Origin: Spirogloea muscicola
Taxonomy: Eukaryota
Length of the DNA: 53,394 bases
Assembly (NCBI GenBank): GCA_009602725.1
Contig: WELB01000004.1
Location: 1,159,457-1,212,850, forward strand
Direction of reading: 5' to 3'
In this document: piece by piece, positions 11,098-21,754 of the stretch
How positions within the stretch are numbered: the first letter of the stretch is position 1
How the letters are laid out: each line of letters begins with the position of its first letter
Notes under the pieces: generated by a model
Databases searched by the model: none
Told to the model about the DNA's origin: nothing
The model's input: only the letters and a program-made list of their open reading frames with translations
Program-made: the position numbers and the translations under genes

Positions 11098-14000
11098 GTG
11101 GAGGGAGGCGACAGTGGCCGGCGGCCGGACACCATCCACACCATTCTGCGGAAGCCCAAGGAGGAGGTCACAGCACTGCTGAAAGAGTGGAACAGCAGCG
11201 ACGAGGAGCTGCGCGAGCGGCTTCATGACGAGGCGCAGCATCCCAACCAGCCCCAGGCACTTCCACCTTCCGAAGAGCTCACGGTACTGCTACTGTGGCC
11301 CCCAGCCCACTGAGGCACCCAACTGCCACTGCCTCATTGCCATTGTTGTCGACAGTCTCGCTCGGTCGCCAGGCGTGGCACCAGCAGGCCAGCTCTGCTC
11401 ATGGCAGAGCGCTTGTGTTTGTAGCGCCTTCCCCCCTTGTAGCATGGTACTGGCTTTGAGCTGGCTATACTCCTCGCGACCATTCCTTTGGAGGAAGATG
11501 GTGGTGGTATTTAGCATGCAGCATGGCGAGGCAATCTGGCACTTGATTGGCCACTCGGCCCTTCACAAGAGTGAATGTCGCCGCCTGCAGGACCTCGATG
11601 TGCTGCGCAGTGAGGTCATCAAGTACGGTGAATTTGCACAGACCACGTACGACGCTCTAGAAACCAAGAACATTTACAGCAGTCGCTTTGGCCGGAGCCG
11701 TCTGGATCCAGACGATTACCTGACCTCAAAGAGTCTCACTCTCACCAGCGATGACGGCAGACGTTACAAGGTGGATTTTCTCGTCCTGCTCGGGTATCGA
11801 GACTAGTTGCTGCTACTGGCGGGAAAAGAGAAGAGCGTCTCTCTGCAGACTCTACTCCATGTGCCTCTTGGCCTAGCTCTTTGATCTTGCTCTTAGCACC
11901 ATAATTACGACAGTCACGACAAGGCCGCTGTGGCTCACTTTTCTCGGCTGTTCTTTGGCTGGCCAGGTCACAGCCCTCCTGTATGCAGACTCGGGGGCCT
12001 ACAAGCTGGTTGAGACTAGCAATGAGATGAAGAACTTTGTGGGCTTTGTCGCTCACAGCGACCCTGCGGACAACAAGGAGGTGGACATTGCGGTTGTATG
12101 GCGAGGCACGATCACCAAGGGCGAGTGGCTTCAGGTCCCTGCTCAAGCCTTCGCATGCTTTCTTGTTGCCATTCTAATATGGAGTATGGACCTTAGTCAC
12201 CCGCTCATGGAAACTGACACTGGTGAGCTTGTATTTGTACATTGTGCTATCTGGGCAGGACATCAAGGCATTGATGGTGAGCTGGAACAACGGGCAGGGA
12301 ATTGCTCCAGTCCCATCATGGACCTTGTCTTCAGATGTGTTCAAGATGCTTGGCATCAATGTCGGCCTCGGCGTGGGAGCCTTTGCTGCCGTTGCTTACA
12401 TCCTCAGCACTGCCATTCTGCAAGATCTGCCGCTGCTGCCTTCGGTAGCAGCAGCCTGGAGATTGGCATTGCCTCTAGGTTTTATGGCTGGCGCAATCTC
12501 CGGCATGCTGTCTCTGGGGCCCAAAGAATGGGTTATTGAAGCGGGCAGCCTCCCAATAGTAGCATTCCAGTGGTTCATCTTCTGGCTGGAGGGCACATGG
12601 CGAAGCAGAATGAATTTCGACGACCCTCGTGTCTCGTTCGGCTTCAAGGAGATGTACTGCGATGCACGTGAGGACCAGCTTGCCTCGCCGCAATCCAGCG
12701 AAGGAGATGCACCTCCTCTTGGATCACCTCGCCAACAGGTCTACCATGAGCTGTACAAGATCCTGGACAGCGTAGAGAAGGTATGCACAGTCAAGCTGTG
12801 GGGGAAGTGCTCATGGTGCTTGGCCGTGAGGAGGCAGCAAGATGAGTAGTATGTTCCCCCTACTTGAATGGGATTTGACTTGAAAATACCTATATACTTG
12901 CAGAGCGGCGGGCGTGTGAGAAGTATTACCACAACGGGCCACAGCCTTGGAGGAGCGCTGGCTGCGCTGAGTGCCTTTGACATCGCCGAGACTCTCCGGG
13001 AGGCCAAGAAGATTGTCAAGCTGGACAAGCAGGTGCTCGAGCAAGACACTTAGCACCACAAGGACGACACAGGCTTGTTGCCACATGCTTCCACCCCACT
13101 TTGACTGCGGAGCTAGGGGTTAACTGAAGGGTGGTGGTTTTTAATTCAATCTTTCGATTGCAAGTTGAAGAAGGATGACATCAACCTTGTGTTGACAAGC
13201 ATTATGCAGGGCTGGAAAAAGGTTGAAAAAAAGTCCACCGACCGAGACGAGACGAAGAATAAAATCTACCTACAGACTGAGGAGTGCAGACAGGACTTCA
13301 TTGAGGAGCTTGTGGATGGCCAGAAGTCTGGCTATGAGCTGCCCACAGTGACAGCCGTGACCTTCGCAGCACCCCGCGTTGGCGATCGCCTTTTTGCAGA
13401 CCGCTTTGGGCCAGAAACTCTTATGGCGCCTCCATTTGCTCCTGGGGGCCTGCACGCCATCAACTACTTCACCATCCTTGACACCCTTCCTTTCGCGCTC
13501 GGCTCAGTTGCCTTGGCTGTGGGCCCTGGCTTGTACGACAACCTCTTCTGGATCATAACTACAGGACTGGCAGGCGGCATCTTCCTTCAGTCTGGACAGC
13601 CGGTTCGGGATTGAACCTGGCGCTGGCCCCATCATGTTGAGTCCCGACAGCGCATGCTGCGAACCAGCAAGCGAAGTGCAGCCCTTAACGTGCACTCCTC
13701 TCCTTGCATGTCAGATTGTGCTGGTTGTTGGGGCTACGTGGCTCTTGGGTCCATTTGTATCCGGACTCTTGGCCCGCTTCAGCAAGCACCCGGATGAGCA
13801 GGAAGAGGCGCCAACCACAGAAGTAAGTGCGGTTCCACATCAGCCACTCGAGGCTATCTGCAGCCATGTCTTTCTGCTCATTTCTCCAGTTTCCTGTAGC
13901 AGGAAGCTACAGAAGGTGCCCGGATGCTGCGCGTGCGGAACATTCATGACCTTGTCCCAAAAGTGCCCCTGGGCCTTGCCTCGGGCCGCTGGTTGGCCCC

Positions 14001-14927
14001 CTCTTCTACCAATCCTTGCAACTTGCAGTTCCTCTCCTTGTCTTTTGCATGCTGCTTGCGCTTGCAAAATGTGCTGCCAAGACCTAGTAAGAGAAAGAAC
14101 CTCACAATGTGACGTCATGGCAACTACATGCGATGCTAAATGTGTGCTAGCTCCTCTGGGTCTTTCATGGCAGGTTTACGCACGGTGGCTTTGAGGTCCT
14201 GCGAAACGCTTATAAGATGAAGGAGTATCGGAGGGACTCGCCCGCCCCCTTCATTGGGAAAGTGCCATGGGCTTCTGTTGGAGGTCGTCACAATCTGGAG
14301 GTTCATCCTTAATCATATCCCTAGTGGTGTTACCACTGCTTTCCATGTCCACTTAAGTAGCCCGTCATTTGCCTATCCCTGAGTCAGCCCATGCGTGGTT
14401 CTTGTGTAGGTATATCTGCGGATGATGGACCCCACGAGAGACCATGCTCTCATGAACAAGACTGACGACGTTCTGGTTGCTGAGAAGCGCGTCCCACCAT
14501 GCTGGTTCAGTCCTACACGCAACCTGGGCCTGTATCTGCAGAAGTCCTCTCGGAGGTGGTGCGAATGGCCTCCTCATGTCACGAAGAGCCAAAAGGCTCT
14601 GAGGCATGTTGTTGAGGTCAGCTCGTACGTGCCAAGATGCCTCAAGATAATTGGCACCCCAGATTGATAGCTTATCCCGGTTCTATGGTGGCTCCACTAG
14701 ATCTTGTTGATGTCCAGAATCCAGCTGCTCCTGTTAGCTACTGACGCTTTTGCATTACCTGTGCACTGCAGGAAGTGCTCGATGGCACTGGCGGTTTTGA
14801 GCTCACACTACAGGCTGCCCTTGATGACAAGCTTGATGTTGAAACGATGGACTCACGCAAGGCCGCGGAAATATTGCAAGAGGTCAAGGATGTCCTGGAG
14901 CGCAGAATCCGGGAAGAGGTTGCGTAG
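11098..14927 (+). CDS. Class-3 lipase, DAD1/PLA1-like, with large hydrophobic insertions (start exon not identified)
   Basis: Spliced motifs: YGEFAQTTYD, NFVGFVAHSD..DIAVVWRGT...EWLQD, VSFGFKEMY, SPRQQV, ITTTGHSLGGALAALSAFD (GHSLG at 12937-12951), VTFAAPRVGD, LRVRNIHDLVPKVP, HNLE/VYL and RDHALMNKTDD..VPPCW. Last exon ends ...IREEVA* at 14927. The first ATG is upstream of 11098 and was not resolved. Confidence 0.88.
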
Positions 14928-15224
14928 TCAGAGGCTGCTCACCAAAACATTAGGCCACATTATGGCCACCATGGCAACACGGCTACTTGTAAAATATTTT
15001 GCAATCCGCTTGGCCACCCTTTGCTTTGAAAGTGGCTGATGTCCTACACTGCCACATGCCAACGGCATCAGATGTTTGCAGTCCAAGGGTTTAATATCCT
15101 GGCCTTATGGAGGCTTGCTCCTGTAGGCACAGGCTACAATGTCGCCAAATGACATTGAGTAGCTGCTCGGATGTTATGCTTGCACTGCTATTTTTGAAGT
15201 GACTGTACATACCTCCTGAATGAG

Positions 15225-15350
15225 AACATGTGTATCAAGAGATGGGGAGGCCATGTCTGGCCAAGTACAGAGGCAAGCACATTGACAAATGTACGTCACC
15301 TGCTGCTAAGCTGACCCGCTCAGTAACCATGAGTCAGCACATAGAGGTTG
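15225..15350 (-). mobile_element. A'-type retrotransposon stop region and 3' UTR
   Basis: Reverse complement reads ctctatgtgctgactcatggttactgagcgggtcagc...tgtgcttgcctctgtacttggcc, matching 10720-10830. Confidence 0.8.
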
Positions 15351-15519
15351 CCTGAATGGAGGCAACCTGTTGCTTTGCCTCCTCCACAATGTAGAGGCTT
15401 TTTCCAGGGAGCATCTTCCATGCCAGCAAGTTGCAGCGAATGGCAAGGACAACAGCCACGTACTATCTGAGAATGCCACACTGCGCCTCATCCGTTGATA
15501 CTCCGCTGTCACCAGTGCT

Positions 15520-16500
15520 TGACAAACACAAGAGAGGTGCTCATGTGTGTTTCCAGCAAGAGATTGTGCGCCCAGACAAAAGAGGGGCTGGCAGAGGCCA
15601 GCCCTAAAAATATGGAGAGAATTGAAAGGGCCAAAAAGGTGCCGAAAAGAGAAACCACACAGCTAGCGACGAGACGGCCTAAAGGGAAGCTCAGTACCCA
15701 CGAGTGAGCAGCAGCAAGTCCGAGAGACTCGCAGCTGAGAAAGAGGTACTCCGCCTAGACCCAGATGCAGCAGCCATGGCGCGGCCTGCTCGCTAGTGGA
15801 CTGCGTGAGCCAGGGAGCGCTGGAACGAGACCGCCAGCCGCATGCGGAGTACCTGCGCTAGGGAGCCGGCAGCATTGAAGCCGGGCAGCTCCCCTGGCTG
15901 ACCCGGCCGCCGATTGATGGCCTGCCGGGTCAGCCAGCGGCTGCCGAAAGCCCCGTGGACATTAATCGCCAGAGCCGCGAGTTCATCACCAGCAGGGTGG
16001 TCGGCGTACTGACGCCTCTTGCCACGGGCCGCCAGGCCGACTGCGTGCCCGACCGTCAGACGCCGATCTGGTGAGGTTGGCGGAGTCGACGCAGTCGGCG
16101 GTCACCACATCCGCGACGATGCGGGGGCCGTCTCCGGGCGGGATGACGACCAGGCCGGCGCGCCGGGTATGGAGCTGCCCAGCCGGATGGGCATGATGCT
16201 TCCGACGGCGACAGTGTAGCCCGCCTCCGGGGGCGCTCCATGCATGTCGTTCCTCAGGAGGTCGTGGGGCCCGGTCCTCTCGCCTCCGCGCGCACAGCGG
16301 AGCATGGGTGCAGCCAGCTCCGCCGCGTCGGCGTGGCCGGGCACCGCACTCATACTGCTGAGGCCCAGGAGCCAGTGGACCGCCGGTGAGGGAAGGAGCC
16401 GAGGAGGAGCTTGCCACCGTCAGCCGGCCCCTAGTCCCTTGCCATCGTCAGCGTCATCTCACGCGCCGCCGCCGTGCCTCGTCAGCATCAGCTGGGGTGC
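15520..16500 (-). pseudogene. Decayed RLE endonuclease region and 3' UTR of a second CRE-like subfamily
   Basis: Across frameshifts it reads AVHWLLGL..YECG..APMLRC..HDLLRND..EAGYTVAV..IMPI..RRAGLVVIPPGDGPRIVADVV..GHAVGLAARGKRRQYADHPAGDELAALAINVHGAFG...RMRLAVSFQRSLAHAVH*RAGRAMAAASG..SLSDLLLLTRGY* (stop 15693-15691). This is colinear with 46620-47351. UTR hairpin GGGCTGGC-AGAG-GCCAGCCC at 15585-15604. Confidence 0.85.
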
Positions 16501-16571
16501 CACACGTGGCGGCGCGATATAGCCCCCGGCTAACAAAGTGTCGTCTGCCGGCCCGCCGCGTGGCCGTGACG

Positions 16572-16610
16572 GCGGGTTAGCGGGTTAGCGGGTTAGCGGG
16601 GCGGTTAGCG
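16572..16610. repeat. Short tandem (GCGGGTTA)n, telomere-like 8-mer
   Basis: gcgggttagcgggttagcgggttagcggggcggttagcg: three perfect units plus one degenerate. Confidence 0.8.
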
Positions 16611-16723
16611 CGCCCCGGAGCACGGGCTCGAGACTTTACCGGCGGCACCGCTATCTTCCAGGTAAGCCGAGGGGGGCTCCAGCAGGGGAAGACACCCCCC
16701 CCGGCACCCTCCCGGCCTTCTCC

Positions 16724-16756
16724 ATGACCGCCACCCCGCACGCGGCGCCGGCTCCC

Positions 16757-16791
<35 letters not shown>

Positions 16792-16793
16792 AG

Positions 16794-16838
<45 letters not shown>

Positions 16839-19800
16839 NNNNNNNNNNNNNNNNNNNNNNNNNNNNNNNNNNNNNNNNNNNNNNNNNNNNNNNNNNNNNN
16901 NNNNNNNNNNNNNNNNNNNNNNNNNNNNNNNNNNNNNNNNNNNNNNNNNNNNNNNNNNNNNNNNNNNNNNNNNNNNNNNNNNNNNNNNNNNNNNNNNNNN
17001 NNNNNNNNNNNNNNNNNNNNNNNNNNNNNNNNNNNNNNNNNNNNNNNNNNNNNNNNNNNNNNNNNNNNNNNNNNNNNNNNNNNNNGCTGCCGCCGCCGCC
17101 CGGCCCCGTTGCCACCGCCGCCGCCGCCGCCCCCATTGCGCCGCGGCTGACGGCCTGACGCCAACGCTCGCGGCGCGCAGAGAAGTGCGCGTTCGTGGTG
17201 GCGGAGGAGGCGTGCGCGTCGGGGACGCTGGTGGAGTACACGCGCGCCTTCTACTGCCACTGCGGCCGGTGGCCCGCCGGCGGCTACGGCGCGCTGGCCC
17301 TGGCACTCGCTGCGCTCTTCTACATGCTCGGCAACACCGCCGCTGACTACTTCTGCCCGTCCCTCGAGCGCCTCTCCCAGCTCCTCCGCCTCCCGCCCAC
17401 CGTCGCCGGCGTCACGCTCCTGCCCTTCGGCAACGGCGCACCCGATGTCTTCGCCAGGTCCGCTGCCTCTCCCGTTTTGTCAGACAGGCCATCTTGCTAT
17501 AGTTACTTCTTTGTAAGTTGATGGGTTCGTTGGTTGGTTAAATATATTGTCATAGTTATTTGGGCATCGCTTCAATCACTTCTATTCGGGTATGTGTATG
17601 AGAGCCACGCCGCCTGCCCCGCTGACCAGCCTCCTCCTCCTTCGCCACACTGCCTCTGCTCCGGCTGGCTCCGTTGTTAGTACGAGACTTGCTGCCGCTT
17701 CGCACTTCCATGGCCCTCACTGCGGCCGTCGTTGCCTGCCCCGTGTGGCGCAGCATCGCGGCGTTCGTGGGCGCAGGCCAGGGCCAGGTGGGCCTCAACA
17801 GCGTGCTGGGCGCCGCGACGTTCGTGACGAGCGTCGTCGTGGGCCTGGTCGCGTGCGCCGTCGCCGCCTCGGGCACCCGCGTACGGCTCCACCAGGGCTC
17901 CTTCCTCCGCGACATCTCCTTCTTTCTCCTCACGCTCATGGTCAGTCCGACCTCCCATGCAGTCGCTTTTTCAGCAGCTTACCTGATCCAGAAGCAGAGG
18001 ACTGCTTGACTCTAATACGATCGATCAACGTCATAGCAAGACAAGTTGGTATTGAGGTCATACTCTGACTGCCTCTGCTGCGTCCGAGCTGCATTGCTAA
18101 GCGCAGTCAAGGTGAGGGAACATGCGAGACAGGCTTCACGCCAATGCTGAGGCCTTTGTGTGCGACCGACAGGCACTGGTGGCCATCATGGCCTATGGGA
18201 AGATCACGCTCGTAGGCGCCGTCGCTTTCATATCCATCTACGTCGCATACGGCGTCTCTGTCGCGCTTTCTGAGGTTCTGCGGCGCCAGGCGGAGCACTG
18301 GCACCTGCTACAGCCGCTCGCCTCCACAGGTCTGCAGGCAGGGGCAGCTCCTGCAGATTGCTGCTGTCCTCCTCTGTCTATCTATCTCACATTCGGCTCT
18401 GGCTTTAGCACGGTCAATATAGCCTTGTTCGCCTCAGGTGGGCCCCATTCTGCCATAGTTGATGCTGCAGCCGCTGAGCTGTAGCTACATGGACTTTAAT
18501 CAAGAGCTTGCGTCTGTGCCTCTCACCTGCCATGCTTACCTACTACCTTACCTCCTCTCAATGACAGGCTTCGAGGGGCGGAACCTGCTCAAGGACTGCT
18601 GGCTGCGGGGTGGTGACGATGCTGGCGGTTATGGCGACGACTTTGGATACTCACTGCTCCAAGACGATGCGGATGCAGAGCGCGCTGCCATGCTGAGCAA
18701 CACAGCTGCAGGCGGCGGCCCAATGCTGCCGCAGTGGATGTGGACAAGCAACGTAGCGATCTACCGCCACTCGAGCTCATTGGAACAGCGCCTGCGCGCA
18801 GAAGCAGCCAAGCGTGCCATGCAGCACCATGGAGTTGTTGAGGCTGCCAATGAGGCCGAGGAGGGCGCAGGAGGGAGCCCGGCAAGCCCCGCCGTGCGGC
18901 CTCTCTGGGGCTGGAGCGATGCTGAGGCTGAGGCCAACGAGGTGCCCCATCCACTGTTGCCCCCAAGCCCTTTGTGTTGCCCTTGCTCCGATTCTGAAGG
19001 CTTGGGGTGCAGATTTGTTCAGCTGAGTGTTGAATCTCTGGAATTGCAAAATGGGATCCAAATGAGCAGCAGCATGTTTGATCAGCTCTGATGGCTGTGA
19101 TTATGATGGAGAGCTGGTTATTTGAATTGTGTAGTAAGACAGTTGCCGTTGCCTTCATTGCACTGCCATGATATGTTTGTCCCCCTGTTATCAGTGCGCC
19201 AAAAGGCAAAGGAGGTGGCAAGACATGGCATGCATTGCATGGCATGGCATGCAGGGACGAAGAGCATGTTCTGACCTCCGGCAAGCCACCGTCCGTATGA
19301 TGCAGAAGCCCAAGTGGTACACGCTGTCGGGACTGTGCCACTATGGCATTGCTTTGCCACTTGAGTTCCCGCGACGCGTTACAATCCCTATCCTGGACGA
19401 AGATCGCTGGAGCAAGCCTTGCACGGTTGCCGCGCTCGCGTGCGCACCACTTCTTGTGGCTGTTGTTTGGGACAGTTCCGACTCGCACCTCGGTGACGAC
19501 GCAAAGGGTTACGCAATCGGCGGCGCCATTGGCGCGGTCCTTGCTGTGCTGGGCTTGGCCACTCTCTCACCAGACCACCCGCCGGCACGCCTGCAGCTGC
19601 TCTGGGTCTCCGCCGGCTTCTCCATGAGCATTCTGTGGTTCTACCTCATCGCCAACGAGCTCGTTGCCGCACTCGTGGCGCTCGGCATTATCCTGGAGAT
19701 CGACTCGGCGGTCCTTGGCCTCACGCTGCTAGCGTGGGGCAACTCCATTGGCGATCTGGTCGCAAACCTGTCGCTTGCCTGCAACGGCAGCGCCGATGGC

Positions 19801-20109
19801 GTGCAGATCGCTGTCGCTGGCTCCTATGCCGGCCCCATGTTCAACACACTCGTCGGCCTCGGCCTGTCCCTTGTGCTCGCCGCCTGGCGTGCGGCGCCGG
19901 CACCGTTCCGCATCCCTCGCGACGACTCCCTCTACTGGACTATCAGCTTCCTTGTCGCTGGTCTCCTGTACGCCCTCATCACGCTGCCCCGTGCCGGCAT
20001 GAGGCCTGGCCGCGCGCTCGGCATTGGCCTCATTGCCCTCTACGCGTCCTTCCTTGCCCTCCGGATTTTGCATGTCTTTGGCATTGTGTCGCTGCCAGGC
20101 CTACGATGA
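16724..20109 (+). CDS. CCX: Cation/calcium exchanger (CCX family); 5' end crosses an assembly gap
   Basis: N-terminal KCAFV...C...EY...FYC, then [17 protein letters not shown], alpha-1 repeat [16 protein letters not shown](S)I, GLNSVLG, alpha-2 repeat [17 protein letters not shown] and [12 protein letters not shown]. Exons about 17086-17457, 17754-17940, 18173-18329, 18569-18941 and ~19280-20109. The ATG at 16724 is a candidate start only. Confidence 0.9.
16839..17085. other. Assembly gap (N run) preceded by poly-A
   Basis: Directly visible. Other gaps lie at 42943-42994 and at single Ns 27877, 31313 and 37789. Confidence 0.99.
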
Positions 20110-21754
20110 CCCCTGCTTGTTGGAATCTCATTGTTGCCAGAGCACCATTCTTTCATTTTTGTAAGCCCCCTGAAAGCAATTGCTTTGCTCCATGAGGCCT
20201 TACCACTGCCCAATTGCAGCTAAATGCAGCTACACAGCTTAAGACAGCAGCCAAACAGCTGATCTGAGCAGCTAAACACCCTACGCTAATAGTAGGTGCT
20301 GCGTCGAGTCATAATCATGAAGGCTCCAACCAGCCTGCGGGTCACATCAGCTTATATAACTGCAGTGTGTGTTTCTCCATCCGAAAGTCCACTGTCTGTG
20401 TATGTTGGCTAATGTTCCAAGCTTGTCAGATGCTGTTTGTTTTGCAACCTCAGCCCGTCAGCAGTGGGACTTGTTCACTGTCAGGCAGAACACGAACACT
20501 ATTGCTCTTCTGACAGAGCTGCACAGATTTGCAGAATACAAGCTTGTTGTGCACAAAGAAAAGCTGGAGAAGAAGGTTAAAATCAATGATGAAATGTGGA
20601 ATAGGATCTTGCGAGGTCACGATTAGGCCACTGACTGACACATTTGCGCGGACGGGTCTTGTCACAAAAACATCATAATAACTCTCTCCGGTGACGGCCA
20701 GCACATATTGTATGCTTGTTACAAAATCATATCTAGATATCTTAAGCACAGAAGGCCAGCACACAAACTCCACTGCCTACCAGAGCTAATTATGTGGCCA
20801 GCAATCTCAGTACATGAAATAGGTGATGCAGATACTGCAAATAGAGAAAAGTACGTACTGTCCAGGTCAGCCTGAAGGCAGACCTGGCAGCAGTAATCCC
20901 ACAAAGTTAGTAAACGGTTTGTACAACACATTGCATGAAGTCTTGACGGGATCTGCACAAAAGGGTCACCTTCCAAAAGTCATGATGGGGTGTTCATTGC
21001 TCCTGAATGATATAGGCGTGTGATCAATGCAGCTAAGCTGCGGTGCACATTGGAACGCAATGGCTTACCAACCAAGAGGACAAATTCTCAAAGCACTTTG
21101 CAGCTCATCAATCGTGTCAGTATTCACTTTGTGATGAAGGCTTAGTACTCGGCCAGGACAAGCAGCAAACTCCCCAAAGCGCCTTCCAAAGCATAATATA
21201 GGAATAGGTTTACACATGCAAGCAGCTTGGCTGCAATTGCTGTGTCCACATAGACATCGCAGGCAGGGCAGGCCAGTAGAAAAGAGTGCCAAGGCTTGTC
21301 ACAGACTAGTGAAGCCAGCACAGTTGTAACCCATTGCCATGGAAAGCGAAAACATGTGTACAAGGTTGGCGGCAGGTCAAGAAGTGTGCTAGGCCTGCCT
21401 GCCAAAGGTGCGCCATGTGCCAGCCAAAGGCTGACAGATATGAAGTGTGAAAAATTGCAGATAATGCAGTAGCATGGACTCTTCAGGAGGACACAGCAAG
21501 AGCCACCTATGCCCCTTGTGGGATATTACTGGATAGTACTAGCTTGCTTATACCACCGCTCTGCTGGCGGACTGGCCTGCAGCAATACCAAAGATCCGGC
21601 AACACATGGCCACCTGCCAGCAAGAGCTCAAAAGAACATCTGAGATGCTCAGGTGGTCTCAGTGAGGTGTAACAAGGCCGTCTGACCACTCTTCTGTCCA
21701 GACCGGAATGTCCTTGTTGTCGGAGACTCGCAATCTCAACTGCCTCCAGCATCG

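Noticed and set aside
16794..16838. Poly-A as a retrotransposon tail, or poly-Lys/Phe coding tracts (also 3223-3254)
   Set aside because: Both runs abut N gaps in GC-rich sequence, typical of assembly artefacts.
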